This document shows, in pieces, positions 1 to 20,370 of a stretch of 64,000 nucleotides of DNA (position 1 is its first letter; each line of letters begins with the position of its first letter). This DNA comes from the human T2T-CHM13v2.0 reference genome, Homo sapiens. Made by a program: the position numbers and the translations under genes. The notes under the pieces were generated by a model, which was given only the letters and a program-made list of their open reading frames with translations, did not search any database and had not been told where the DNA came from. The stretch lies in NCBI RefSeq assembly GCF_009914755.1, contig NC_060930.1. The stretch is one strand, 5' to 3'.

Positions 1-364
<364 letters not shown>

Positions 365-407
365 TAATGGAACATTTTTTACCAGGTTTAAAATAAGATA
401 TCTAATG

Positions 408-534
408 CCAGATGCTGTGGCGCACACCTTTAGTCCCAGCTGCTTGGGAGGCTGAGGCAGGAGGTTTGCTTGAGCCCAGGAGTTTGAGACCTGCCTGGGC
501 AACATAGTGAAACCGCATGTCTATATGAATAAAA

Positions 535-577
<43 letters not shown>

Positions 578-590
578 AATAAATGAAATA
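408..590 (+). mobile_element. Alu monomer (FLAM-like) with (TAAA)n tail
   Basis: Single Alu arm followed by a long TAAA run. Confidence 0.85.
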
Positions 591-594
591 AGAT

Positions 595-735
595 AGCTAA
601 CACTTATTAAGTGCCATGTGTCAGGCAGGCACTTCACATTTAAACCTATGTGTAGGCTACTATTGTTAGTCCCACTTTATAGAAAAGGAAACTGAGGCAC
701 ATAGAGTTTAAATGCTTTGCCCTGAGTCAAACACC
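595..735 (-). mobile_element. MIR
   Basis: MIR core ggaaactgaggcaca...ttgccctgagtca; similar cores at ~1110-1260, ~2105-2200 and ~7940-8105. Confidence 0.7.
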
Positions 736-1693
736 TGAGGCAGAATTGTCATGTTCTTTGACAATCTTCAAAGCAAATTCACGATATTTGTTAATTACAA
801 AATAACGGAGTCTCTGGCACAAATGGGCCCAAAGAGTCTGCTTGGATCATAATCATGCCTTGGTGCTATATTAGGTCCCTTATAAATTATTCATTCTTTT
901 AGCAAGTTCTTACTGAGCATTTAGAGTCCCCGTGGCTTGGGACAGGTATTCCACAAAAGGGAGGGATGTACAGGAAGTTATACAGACAAACTAGAAACTT
1001 CTTAGCAGATGCCTGTGCATAAATGAGAGGACTTGGATTAGGGCTGGGGGGAGCGGTGCTGACAGAATTACTATCCAGAGAGCTGTTATCTTGTTATCTG
1101 TTATCTTGGCTGCGTGCTAAATGTTTTAGGTGTATTTTTTTCATTAATTTCTCACAAGAACCCCACTGGGTTAAATTCTATGAATAATCTATTGAACAGG
1201 AAACTGAGGCTTAGAGATGTGAAGAGACTTGCCTGTGGTCATATGGCTTCGGCCTCATGGTTGTGATATGAAGGCAATGCGTATCTCTCTCTGGACCCTG
1301 GCTTTCATCCGCTGGATTTTCTGCTTTCGTCAAATAGGATTTTGTTTTCTAGAAGAGAACTGCCATCCCTCTGATAGTGACCCAGATGGCCCCATCACTA
1401 GGATCACTCTGGGCTTTAAAGAGATCATGGCTTATGATGTCAGTCATCGTTGGCTTGGCCTCTCTATTTTGTCCTCTGGTTCTGGTGTCCTCACCTGGCC
1501 CCTAGGGAATCCTTCAGAAATATTAGTATCAAGGCCATGTCCATGGCCTATAACCAGATTGGCAGATGTCTGTAGGCTGGAGGAAGCCAAGAACTGTTTT
1601 TGAAGGAGCATCATGGCTTTGTCCATCCACACTTACTGCTGTGCAGAGGTGAGGGGCCTTCTGTCCCTACTCAGGCTTCTTCATTTTCACTAG

Positions 1694-2036
<343 letters not shown>

Positions 2037-2825
2037 TCAATATAATTGTTTTTGAGCCACTTCAGAAGGGTAAAATGGAAGAAACCTTAGAAATTTGATG
2101 TCTCCATTTTACTGAAAAAGGAAGGAAAAACCTACATATTAAGTTACTTATTCAAGGTAACAACTAATTAGTGGCAAGACTGGAATCCAGTTCCTGACGC
2201 TCAGTTCAATATCTTCCTTTTACCCCTTTAATCTGATTTTACGCGAGGACTGCCCTAATGAGTCTGAATCTTGTCATGAATAAGCTGTAAGAAATTCAAC
2301 TTCAAAATGATTCCTGTGGTGGGGCTTTGTTTTCAGAGGCAGGTTTACCTTCCTAATTATGAATTATTGAGGTTAATGATAAAGTGACTTTACATTTCTA
2401 AATAAATAGCGGCAGGTGATGGCAGAGGATCTCCTAAAATAGTATCAGGTCAGCTGGAAACTTTAATATTCAGCAAAGTAGAAAACCTACTTGTTGATAT
2501 TACATTTGCTTATACGTGTTTTTAATGAGAAAGAAGAAAATCTAACAAAAAGATAAGAAAAGATGAGGTACATGTTGTTGTTACCATAATTATTGCATTT
2601 TGATCTATTCTCGGCCTGCTTCCTTACTGTGGAGGCCTCAAACACACAAGCATGGGTTGTCACTTATGTCATCCCTGTGACCCAGTGTCCTTGGAGAATG
2701 GGCATATGAGAGGTGCAAACTTAATAAAGAATCCATTCATTAGATGTACTTCATTCATAAAAATAATCCCACCATTACAGATTAGTTAAGACAGTAACAT
2801 CAGGACCATGCCTGTAACTCGTTAT

Positions 2826-3458
<633 letters not shown>

Positions 3459-3863
3459 TTATTCTGCTCTACCTACATCCTTTATTTTGTCACATTGGCA
3501 TTGAATTGAGATACATCAGAAGAACCTTGTGGCCTTTTTCTTTTCCCATTTTATAGCAGTGTAATATTCACCCAGAAAAGTGCAGATCATAAACATACAC
3601 TTCCTTGAACTTTCACACAATGAACACACTTCCATGAGCTTTCAAGTGCCAAAGACCTGATTTCTAAATTCTGCCTTTACCATCTGTGTAACTTTAGGAA
3701 AATTAACCTTTTGGGGCCTCCATTTTCTCACCTATCAAATGGGGAAGAAATAATAGCCTTTCATAGGTGTTTGTAAGGAGTGAAAGATAATACATCTCAT
3801 TTACCTGGCATTTTTCTTCCTTTCCTCTGATTGCAAGAGAGCTTTTGAAAAGAGACACCCTCT

Positions 3864-4181
<318 letters not shown>

Positions 4182-4380
4182 TCAAAGTGCATTAGATGTG
4201 TGGTAGTTGAATGTTTGTAATGTTAAGTAACAGCTCATTTGTGTGTGGAAATGTAGTTAATAATATGGACTATGGAAAATAAATGACTAAAAGTTTTCCT
4301 ACTTCCTACTTTGCTACAACTGATTTTTGACCATTTATCTCAGGGACTCATCTGAGAACGACGATTAAAGTAGTAAATTA

Positions 4381-4505
4381 GTCTGGGAGTGGTGGCTCAT
4401 GCCTGTAATCCCAGCACTTTGGGAAGCTGAGACGGGAGGATCACTTTAGCCCAGGAGTTTGAGATCAGCCTGAGCAACACAGTGAGAGTCACTGTATCAA
4501 AAAAT
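4381..4505 (+). mobile_element. Alu monomer (FLAM-like)
   Basis: Left-arm Alu consensus with short A tail. Confidence 0.8.
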
Positions 4506-4517
4506 GAGTGAATGAAT

Positions 4518-4679
4518 GGGAGAAAGAAGGAAGGAAGGAAGGAAGGAGAAAGAAGGAAAGGAGGAAGAGAAAGAGGAAGGAAGGAGAGAGAGGGAGGGAG
4601 GGAGAGAAAGAGAGTGAAAGAGGGAGGGAGGGAAAGAAAGGGAAGGAAGTGAGGGAGGGAGGGAGCGGAGGGAGGGAGA
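4518..4679 (+). repeat. Polypurine GGAA/GGGA low-complexity tract
   Basis: ~160 bp almost entirely A/G; contains (GGAA)4 at 4529-4544. Confidence 0.9.
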
Positions 4680-4710
4680 TTAAAACTATAAGTGGTAGAT
4701 TAAAGATTCA

Positions 4711-5031
<321 letters not shown>

Positions 5032-5302
5032 TTATTCATACATACCCTGCCTCATCCCAAAAAGGGATTGTAGAAATACACATAGTGAGTACAATAGTAT
5101 TTATTTCTCCATGGGGAAAAATATTATAGAAATAAAAATATGTTAAACTTACAAAGACTCTAATGAGTCTATTTTAACCTCAGCCAGTCTGTTTTAAATA
5201 GTGTCATGAATTTCTGGGGCCTGATTCTAGTTTTTTCAGATTTTGTTTATTTGCTAAAAGTTTCTTTCATTATACCCACAGTTTTTTCGTGTTGTTCCTA
5301 TT

Positions 5303-5592
5303 ACTATTATTATTTTTGAAATAGTCTTGCTCTGCCGCCCAGGCTAGAGTGCAGTGGCGCAAATTGGCTCACTGCAACCTCCGCCTCCTGGGTTCAAGTG
5401 ATTCTTGTGCCTCAGCCTCCTGAGTAGCTAGGATTACAGGCGTCCACCACCATGGTAATTTTTGTATTTTTAGTAGAGACAGGGTTTCTCCATGTTGGCC
5501 AGGCTGGTCCCAAACTCCTGACCTCACGTGATCCATTCACCTTGGCCTCCCAAAGTGCTGGGATTACAGGTGTTAGCCACCATGTCCGGCCT
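5303..5592 (-). mobile_element. AluS
   Basis: Full antisense Alu. Confidence 0.9.
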
Positions 5593-5597
5593 CATAT

Positions 5598-5880
5598 TAT
5601 TTTTAATTGACACAGAATAATTATACATATTTATGATGTTCAGTGTGATATTTCCATTCATGTGTACAATATGCAATGGTCAAATTATGGTAATTAGCAT
5701 ATCCATCACCTCTAACGTTTATCATTTCTTTGTGTTGGAAGCATTCAAAATCTGCTCTTCTAGCTATTTGAAAATATACAATAAATTGTTGTTATAGTGC
5801 TGTCGAACTATATAATTGAACTATATATAACTGTTGTTATAGTGCTGTAGAACACCGGAACTTACTCCTCCTATCCAGCT
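5598..5880 (-). mobile_element. L1M 3' end fragment (L1MA-like)
   Basis: Typical L1MA 3' UTR reverse complement: aattagcatatccatcacc...ctagctatttgaaaatatacaa. Confidence 0.7.
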
Positions 5881-6349
5881 AGTACAACAGTATTTAAAAT
5901 AAATAAGTGGGTGAACTGAGGCTAAACCTTGAGATAAGGTTGATGCACAAACTGTATATCCTGAGATCCAGATCATCTACTAGACATGGTCTGCAGAGTT
6001 GGCTTTCAGCTTCCTAAGAGCACTCAAAGCAAGAAGGGGAAGTGATTAATGATACAATTTGGAAGGTCCTTATAATGTGAAAACAAACTGGTAGTGCAGG
6101 AGAAACTCGGGTTTTTTCTTGGCCCCCAGACCTTCCTTCCATGGGTCTTCACAAAGAGAATTTAATGTGAACTAGCAGGATTCCCTGTAATAAATAAGAG
6201 TATCTGATTTATCATACTGTGCCTCTGTGTAGACAGGTGACACAAAGCCAGTGCTTCATTTAATAAAAACAGTTTGATAAATGACCATAAAATAGATTAA
6301 ATTATATTCTCTAATATTACAATGGTGCTATGAAAATTAACAGAGACTG

Positions 6350-6669
<320 letters not shown>

Positions 6670-6861
6670 TCAACACAGACTGGGTTACATGCAACCTGTG
6701 ATAAATTCATTTATGAAATTTTAAACCTACCAAGCAGTGTCATGGTAAATGGAAATTCTATGTGTAGGCCAGATGGAGAAAGAAGCACTTTCTATGACTG
6801 TTCTAAGGAAGACCCCAGGGAGGAAGTATGGTCTTTAGGAAGCACTTAGGAAACAGAGCTT

Positions 6862-7126
<265 letters not shown>

Positions 7127-7184
7127 TTAAATAACAAGTTTGGGGAGTTAGGAGAAATTTAAAGTAAAAAAATGAAAAAATAAA

Positions 7185-7464
7185 GGCCGGGCGCGTGGCT
7201 TATGCCTGTAATCCCAGCACTTTGGGAGGCCGAGGTGGGCGGATCACTTGAGGTCAGGAGTTCAAGACTAGCCTGGCCAACATGGCAAAACCCCGTCTCT
7301 AATAAAAATATATAAATTAGCTGGGTGTGGTTGTTGGCACCGGTAATCCCAGCTACTCAGGAGGCTGAGGCAGGAGAATCACTTGAACCCGGGTGGCAGA
7401 GGTTGCAGTGAGCCGAGATCGCACCAATTCACTCCAGCCTCAGCGACAGAGCAAAACTCCGTCT

Positions 7465-7499
<35 letters not shown>
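7185..7499 (+). mobile_element. AluS with long pure A tail
   Basis: Full Alu, A tail over 30 nt. Confidence 0.9.
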
Positions 7500-7502
<3 letters not shown>

Positions 7503-7504
7503 GT

Positions 7505-7570
7505 TTGGGGCTGTCAGTAATTTTAAGTGTGTAAAGGGAGTCCTGAGACCAAAAAGTTTGAGAAGCCCTG
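7505..7570 (-). mobile_element. Charlie1 (hAT) terminal fragment
   Basis: Reverse complement resembles the Charlie1 end CAGxGxTTCTCAAACTTTTTGGTCTCAGGACxCCTTTACAC. Confidence 0.6.
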
Positions 7571-8885
7571 TGTTAGGCATATGTATACCGTAGACTGTGT
7601 TGGTACCGTGCACTAATTATGCTACACAAAGCAGCTGTGGTTCCTAAGATCAAAGACATACTACCATCACCCACTGGATACACACCTACAAATAAATATC
7701 CACAATTATTCCAAAGAGTATTGACACTTCTGTTTATTAATGTGTTTATACAACAGATATTTATTTAGCACTGAGATTAGGGCTGTTTGATAAAACAGAA
7801 AAGGCCTCTGCCCTTGTGGAGCTTGTTTCTAATAAAAGTGCATCACAAAATCCGAAAAGATGAATAGATACAGTTGGTATTTGTGACTCTGGAATTGGTA
7901 GAAAGAGAACCTCTGAGGGAATGAATCCTGTTCTTTACCATGGGCCAGGCACTGTGCTGAGTGCATGTGTGCATTATTTAATTTATATAATAATCCTGTC
8001 TAGTACACAAGGTCGTATATCTTTATAGGTGAACAAATGAAAACCCACAGAAGTTAGATAATTTGTCTGGGTTGCCAGCTAATAAGAGATAGAACCAGGA
8101 TTTGTGCATTTTTATAACACCCTTGTTCTAGGTAGCCTTTCTATTTTAAGGAAGCAAATTTCTCGTTTAACTCTCCACCATCCATTTTGAGACAGGGACT
8201 GGCCTTGCCATACTTACCTATTGCAAGGTAGCTTTTGGACCATGTTCTTGCAAAGGTGTAGAAACTTTCACATCCAGGTTGGGACTCTTTCATTGCAAAA
8301 GCAGCCAGGGGCATCTACAAATGTGTTGTGCATGCTGAATGCACAAATAGTGTGGTTGGGAACGACAAAGAACCCAGTTAACTGGGAAAGCCCACCTCCA
8401 GGGATGCTGACATGATACTGAATGCCAAGAAAGTATCCATGGCAAGGTCTATATTCTTCCACCATCTTTGTGCCACAGCCAGTTAAGATTTCAGATTTTT
8501 TCTTTTATTGCCAGGGCAGACAATTGTAAATTATCTCCTAGAGGAGACCTCTCTGGACCTGTAAAACGTTTTAATTTGGACCTTTACAGGGATGGTGGGT
8601 TCAATCTAGGAGAACCTTTGGATTCAAAGCCAGCCAGTCTCCACTGCTTGGGGTTTTGTGGCACCTGCCATGGCAGGTATTTCTGTTCCCATAGGAGCCT
8701 CCTCTGACTTGTCTGGGCACCACCTCCCCTCCTCTCCCCACCCTCCCACATAACTTTCTCCATCAACCGCCAGAAAGACGTTGTGACTTATGGCCGTGCT
8801 TAGTGGTGACAGCTTTGTGTATTAACCCCCATCAAAAAACAGTACAATCCTGGAATCTTTCAGAAGTTTGAGGAACTGGAAATAA

Positions 8886-9194
<309 letters not shown>

Positions 9195-9494
9195 AGAAAT
9201 AAGTCTTTCTAAGTGGAGAGCACACACGTACACACTCACAAATAATCTTCATTTTAGGATGGAATTTGGTCCTCTGCTTGCCAGATTTTTGACTTACACC
9301 CTGCCTTGACCCATATCATTGTGTTGTTTGAAATACCCATTATGCGTGCAGTGGATGAAGCATAAACTACCTGTTTATGCTGGCGATGGCTGAATATGCA
9401 GAAAGGAGCACCATTTATTCTACACATGAGTTCACAGCGTTCTGTTTCCCCAGTTTCCTCTGGGTGGTTTCTTCTGTTGAAAAGCCCCTTACTT

Positions 9495-10204
<710 letters not shown>

Positions 10205-10968
10205 CTATAGCAGTCTCGGCTGCAAATCTCTTTTCCAGTGGATCATCCCCTCTTTAACTTTTGTCCTGTTAGCTTGGTGACATCTTTGTATGTTGGAGGG
10301 GCAGGCAGAAAAACAACAGCTCTGTGCTTAGAGCCATTTCTCCAGTTTATCCCAAGGTGCTCCTTATCACTGTAGTTTAAGTAAGAACCTTTCTCCGCCT
10401 TTCGCAAATCTAGTGTCTTGGTGTGCATTTAGGAAAAAGAGGAATGGCGCTTCAGCAGCTTCTCATGTCCAGCCTGGCGTTCCAGCAGCCCTCTTCTTCC
10501 CATCCTTAAGGTGCGGCCCACAGGGAGGGTGGGGTTCAGAGCTGTCTGAACAAATCAAGTTCGATTTGTTGGTCTGTTTTAACCACAACACCTTTTAAGA
10601 AAATTAAAATCACTATTTCAAGTAGGGACTAAGTCGGTAGAGGGACCCCTCACTGTTGTGATTTCTGGGTGTTGGCAAATGGTACCGCATCATTTCACTG
10701 TCCACATGGGGACTTAGGATTGGTTCATTCTAGGACCTTGGGTGATTTAACCTCTCTGAATCTCTTTTCTGTCAATGGGGGCAGACTATCTGCCTCAAAG
10801 GACAATTGCAAGGGTTAAATGAGGTCCCTTGGGCAAACCACTTGACTCAAAATTGAGTCAGGGCTCTCAGCACATGTCAACTTTTATTTGTTTCCAACTT
10901 CATAATCCAGATTTATTGAAAATGCAATGTTTTGTTGCTCTGAAATTCACTATAAATGGGTTAAGGAG

Positions 10969-11268
10969 GGCCGGGCGCCGTGGCCCACGCCTGTAATCCC
11001 AGCACTTTGGGAGGCCAAGGAGGGCAGGTCATCTGAGGTCAGGAGTTCGAGACCAGCCTGAACAACAGGGAGAAACCCCGTCTCTACTAAAAATACAAAA
11101 TTAGCCGGGCGTGGTGGCACATGCCTGTAATCCCAGCTACTTGGGAGGCTGAGGCAGGAATCGCTTGAACCTGGGAGGCGGAGGTTTCAGTGAGCCGAGA
11201 TCACACCACTGCACTCCAGCCTGGGCAACAAGAGCGAAACTCCATCTCAAAAAAAGAAAAAAAAAAAA
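10969..11268 (+). mobile_element. AluS
   Basis: TSD AATGGGTTAAGGA (10955-10967, 11272-11284). Confidence 0.9.
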
Positions 11269-13567
11269 TAGAATGGGTTAAGGAAACTGGAGGAGACCAG
11301 GTCTACAAGGGGTATCCTTAGCTGCTTGGAAGACAGAAAGGAAAGACAACAGAGAGGTAAATAAAAGCAATGCTTCAAGCAACTTGAGATGCCAGAACAC
11401 CTAGAAAGACCCAAGGCGGATGAAAAGCCCCAAGGGATATGCAAGCCTGGGGGGCCATCTGGGTGGTTTGCATCCTAGCCCGCTGACCTTGGAGGGGCTT
11501 TCCTGTCTTTCCCTGATTTCTTTCACTGCTGAAGAGGCTGCCCTCAAAGCCTGGAGCACTTGGCAGGGTTCCAGGGATCTGTACCAATGCCATGCCTCCT
11601 GATGACAGAGCAGAGGCTGGTGATGCTAGCTCACAGCCATGTGGCCTTGGCCTTGTCCTGCCTCTCTCTGACAGATGCTAGCATCAGTGGATGCTTTTGA
11701 GTTTCACATAGAAGACTGCTGAACTCTCAATTCTTGGGGTCAGGAGGTCTGAATCTAAGTCTCAGCTCTGCTTAGCTTTGCTGCTCTGAGTAGCTTTGGA
11801 CTTTCAGCAAGTCACACATCAGCTTTCAGAATCCCAATTTCCCAATTTATTAAATGACTGTTAGACTCATTTAATAGGTGGGCTCTGGGTCCTTCCCCCG
11901 CTGGCCGGTATGCATTTTGAAGTCACCTCACCAGGCCTCCTTCAAGGCAGCACCACCTTTCAGGGTCAGTACCTAAGGCACAGTCCCTAACTACCAGCAC
12001 CTCTCAGACTCTGATCTGATTTTGAAAAATTGTAGTTTTGGAAGCCTGATGTCCACAACCATGACCGAGGTTGCTCAAATGACTCTGATGAGTTTCCAGC
12101 ACACCCTACACCCTGGCTGCACCCACAGCGACCCCGTCAGCCCAGCCTTCCTCAGCTTCCATCTGTGCGCCTGCTCCTCTTCCCCTGCACCATCTGAGAA
12201 TTAAAGACGCATTCTTAATGAATCTTTCACTTTCAGTGTGTTCTTCCTGAATGAGTCGTAACTTCCATTTTTTTCTAGCTTCGCTCTCTGATCTCAAGGG
12301 CCACATCTAACAGAATTCACGTGTTCGATACAAAAAAAAAAAAAAAAGAACAGGAGGTTTCCACCTCTTTTTATTAATCAGAATGATTTCAGTTTAAATT
12401 AAATGTCCCACACAGAATTCCTTTAGAAGACTAGAACTGTTCATTAGAAAGTGAAAGTAGCTGATAATCCTTTTTTAAATATGAGGGGGGAAAAAAACTG
12501 GCAAGTCATTTAAACATCTTTCCTCTGGTAACTTACAAAAAATAAGCAAAATACTTTAATTTTGTCACTTTTCTTTTTCCCTCCTTTTGCCCACAATAAA
12601 GATGTCATAGAAGCTTTTCCATTCGTGCCGGACTCCTTAGGTTGGAGAAATAATTGGCTTTTCCTGGAGAGAAGGGTAGTGACAGACTGTGTCTGAGGTA
12701 TTCTCTTGCAAATCCCTGAGGGTACTGAATAACAAAGTCTGTCTAGCTTCCAGTCTGCAACTCTTCTCGCTTTCCTTTGAACAAGGGCAGTAAGTTGCTC
12801 TTTTTCTGCCCAGCTCTGGCACTGAAAAAATCCAGTAGGTGGCCAAAGAGCCTTTAGAAGACTAAAGGCAGCTTCAGAGAGCCATTGGACCAGATTTTAA
12901 AAAGAAAAGTGTGCTTGTATCTTTGTATTGCAAACAATGCTGGAGGAGCTGAATGGTGCTTCAGACCTTGGGCTTAAAGACAGGTGACTTATTTAGGCCC
13001 CTTACAAATGGGCATGTTTGACTACAGCTAAATTAAGTTCTCAAAATAATCCCTGAAACTGGAGCTTAGACTGTTGAAGCAAGTACTCAGGGCAGACGTC
13101 TCAGGCGTACTCATTTTCACCTTTCATTTATGACATGGTGTCATCCTTCACAGCTCCACAGAAAAGCTCCTCCAGTGTTCTCTGTGAAACAGGAAAGAAC
13201 TCTCTATGCACCAGATAAGCCAAACCCCTGGAGTTCCATGGGCTGAGAACTTTGCCCTTCATAAATTACTTCTGTGAAAAGTTCTAAGCTGAGGAGATGG
13301 CAATAAAGAAATTGCTCTGCGTTGTTTTATGGTTCCAGCATTCGGTTTCCTGTGGCGTCCCGTGGTCTTTGGTTTGAGTCATGAGAAGAAGCCTGAGAAG
13401 CAGGTATCACCCTGCTCTCAGCTAGGTATGTAGAACTGGCTACGGTGCTGTGGACATCCCATTTGCCCAGCCACAGCTGTGTGCTGTATCACTGGGATGC
13501 TCTGAGTGCAAGGTGCATCTTTGAACGAAATACTAGATGTGACTGGTGCCTTCAGCAGTCATGTGGC

Positions 13568-14330
13568 AATTTTTAAAAAAGTGTGGTAAAATATAAATTA
13601 CATACAAATTGAGCATCTTAACAATTTTTAAGTATACAGTTCAGTGGCATTAAGTATATATATGCACAGTGTGATACAACCATCATCACCACCCATTTCC
13701 AGAACTTTCTCATCTTCCCAAACTGAAACTCTGTACCCATTAAACACAAACTCCCCATTCCCCACCCCCAGCCCCTGGCAGCTGCCATTCTACTTCCTGT
13801 CTTGTTAAATTGGAGTGCTCTGGGTACATCATATAAGTGGAATCACACAATGTTTTTCCTCTTGTGACTGGCTTATTTCACTGAGCTAACGTCTTCAAGG
13901 TTCATCCACTTGTAGCATGTGTCAGAATTTCCTTTCTTTTTAGGGCTGAATAATATTGTATTGTATGGATAGGTCACATTTTTTGTTCATCCATTCATCT
14001 GTTGATGGACACTTCAGTTGCTTCTCTGCCTTTTGGCTATTGTGAATAGTGCTGCTACGAACATGGGTGTACAGATGTCTCTTCAAGTCCCTGCTTTCAG
14101 TTCTTTGGGGTATATATCTAGAAGTGGAATTGCTGAATCATATGGCAATTCTATTTTTAATTTTTGAAGACCTGCCATACTTTCCATAAAGTCTACAGCA
14201 TGTTACAATCCCACCAGCAGTGTTTAAAGGTTTATATTTCTCTAGAGCCTTGCCAACACTTGCTATTTTCTTTTTTTTTTTTTTTTTATAATAGGCACCT
14301 GATAGGTGTGAGGTGGGGTCTCATTTGGCT
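13568..14330 (-). mobile_element. L1MB-like 3' fragment
   Basis: Typical reverse L1M 3' sequence: gactggcttatttcact...ggctattgtgaatagtgctgc...agtggaattgctg. Confidence 0.85.
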
Positions 14331-15386
14331 TTTCTTGCATGCTCCCATACTCTTTTATTATAGATTTATAAGAGTATTAATATCTAATACTCCTTTCTAT
14401 AGTTCTTCAGGAAAATTTTATTTGCTATTCTCATCTGCTTGTTTTCCTCAGATGTACTTGGGAATTATTTTTGTTATATTTCTCCCTGTACAATATTTTA
14501 TCCAGTTAGGGTTTTGATTGGAGTTGCATTTAAGATATAAATTAATGTAGAATGAACTTCTTAAAAATAAACTTTTGGTCTTTCTATCTAAATCTTCCTT
14601 CATCTCTCTTCTTATATGTAGGTCTAGGTTTGTTGTTTTTCATTTATTCGTTGTAGACAAACCTTCCTGAATTTGTTGCTTTGTGAATGAGGTGTTAAAA
14701 TTGTATTTTTGTAATGGTTATTGCCTTCCTATAGGAGTGTGTGTGTGTTTGTGTCTGTGAGTATGTGTTGTAACTGTCCACTTTACAGAGCAAAGCAATA
14801 AGATATTCAAAAGAACACAGTCTTTGTAGTCAGTCAGACTTGGGTTTGAATCCCAGCTCTGCCACTTACCAGATGCATGACACTGAGAAAACTTTAGTAT
14901 GGTGTTTTACATACAGGAATTCAATAAATAATGGCTACTACAGTTAGATTTCTCTTTAAATAATTTCCATTAATTTCCTTGAATTTTCTGGTTACACAAT
15001 GATATAATCTGTAATTAATGATAATATTAACTTTTTCTTTCCAATATTTAAATCTCTCACATCCATTTCATGTCATATTGTATTCACCAGAAAAACTTGT
15101 GGGACAATACTCTACAATTATGTGAACATATTCATTCCAGGGGAGTTTTATTCTGATTTTAAAAGGAATGCCTCTAGCTTTTTACCATTAAGTATAATAT
15201 TGACATAGCTTGAAATTGATACTTTTTATAGGTTAGAGAGTATATTTCAGTTCTTTCTTTTTAAGTGTTTTTAAATTAGAAATCAGTTATCTTGGAAGAT
15301 TTATACAATTACAACAACTTTATTTGTAAATTATAGTATTAATGTTACCTAAGAAGGAAGAGATGTAGGATCAATCTTATCCTGTC

Positions 15387-15548
15387 TGTGTGAAGTCTTT
15401 ATTTTATTTTTTTTTTTGTCACTGACTTCAGGCTCATGAGTGAAGCACTTTTTTTTCTTTTTAGATTGTTCATTATGAAGTGGACTTGTGTGTGTGTGCT
15501 TCGCTTTCAGACCCTCATGAATTTTTTTTTCATGTGTGAAGTCTTTAT
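15387..15548 (-). mobile_element. 130-bp non-Alu retroposed insertion with poly(A) and 16-bp TSD
   Basis: TGTGTGAAGTCTTTAT at 15387-15402 and 15533-15548; T-run at 15403-15417. Confidence 0.6.
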
Positions 15549-15764
15549 AAGTATTTTTTAGGGATTTGAATATGGAAAGGAAATTAATTTAATTTGCCTG
15601 GGGATGGGTTTTAGGTGACATCTTCCTTTTACTGGCCAAACCACCAGTTTCTTTCTGTTATAGAAATTAGTACCTTACTTTTATATCTGGTTTGTGTCCT
15701 ACAGGCACATTTTTATCTTTGATTCCCATGAATAATTCAACTATGGAATATTTAAGTTTTAAGT

Positions 15765-16329
<565 letters not shown>

Positions 16330-16427
16330 TTTTAAGTAACTCTATAATCTTAAACTAGTTACTCTTCTGGTTAAAGTTTATTAATATTTTAATAATAACT
16401 GTTTTCTTGATATAAAAGTAACATATT

Positions 16428-16866
<439 letters not shown>

Positions 16867-17189
16867 TTAAAATTAAAAAATAAAAACAGCGCATACAGTT
16901 ATGTAAGATGCTTTTTTTCTCTTACTGTATTTTGAAAATTCCCAATTTCAAATAACCTTACACCTTATGATTGTTAATGGTTAGCATGTCATTTTTCATC
17001 ATGTGAATACATTTAAATTTATGTTCCAAAACTCTGTTAGTAGACATTTAGCTTGTTTCCAGTTTTTCATGCTGGCAAATAATCTAATGACAATCATTCT
17101 TATATAAATAGTATGTATCTCTTTAAGATAGCTTCTAGAATTTTTTCTTCTTAGAAGTTGAGTGGCTGACTGAGTTATACATTTTCATT

Positions 17190-17781
<592 letters not shown>

Positions 17782-18144
17782 GAGTTATACATTTTTAAGA
17801 ATGTATAATCCTGGTTGGGCATGGTGGCTCACACCTGTAATCCCAGCACATTTGGGAGGCAAAAATTTGATAGAAGAAAAAAAATCTTACTACCTGTTTT
17901 AATTTGCATTTCTTTGAGATTGAACATTAAAAAGGTGTTTCTTTCGTATTTATATGTCTTCTTTCATAAATTGTTCCTTCTCATCCTTTGCTCATTTTGC
18001 AATTGAGGTGTTATTTTCCATGTTGATTTGTAAGAGTGAGTAGAGCATAATAATTAAGATCAAAAGCATGGAACTCAGAAAGTTTTATGTTGAAATCTCT
18101 GTTCTGCTGCTTATTAGTGATGAGACCCTGGGCACATTACTTCA

Positions 18145-18773
<629 letters not shown>

Positions 18774-18983
18774 TGGTACTAATTGTACCTCCTTTATAGG
18801 ATTATGATGAGATATTTTATGCAAAGTGCTTAGCATGTCTTATACCCAATAAGGGATCAATAAAGTGAAGCTTTTCTTATACTGAGGCTCTTAATTAATT
18901 CTGTCTGTAAATATGTTTTTTCCTAGTTTGTAATTTCCATTTTAATTTAACCTGTAGTAGTATGTCTAGAATTATGTAAATGA

Positions 18984-20370
<1,387 letters not shown>

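Noticed and set aside
12332-12347. Isolated poly(A) run as a possible retrocopy tail
   Set aside because: No TSD or recognisable element body found.
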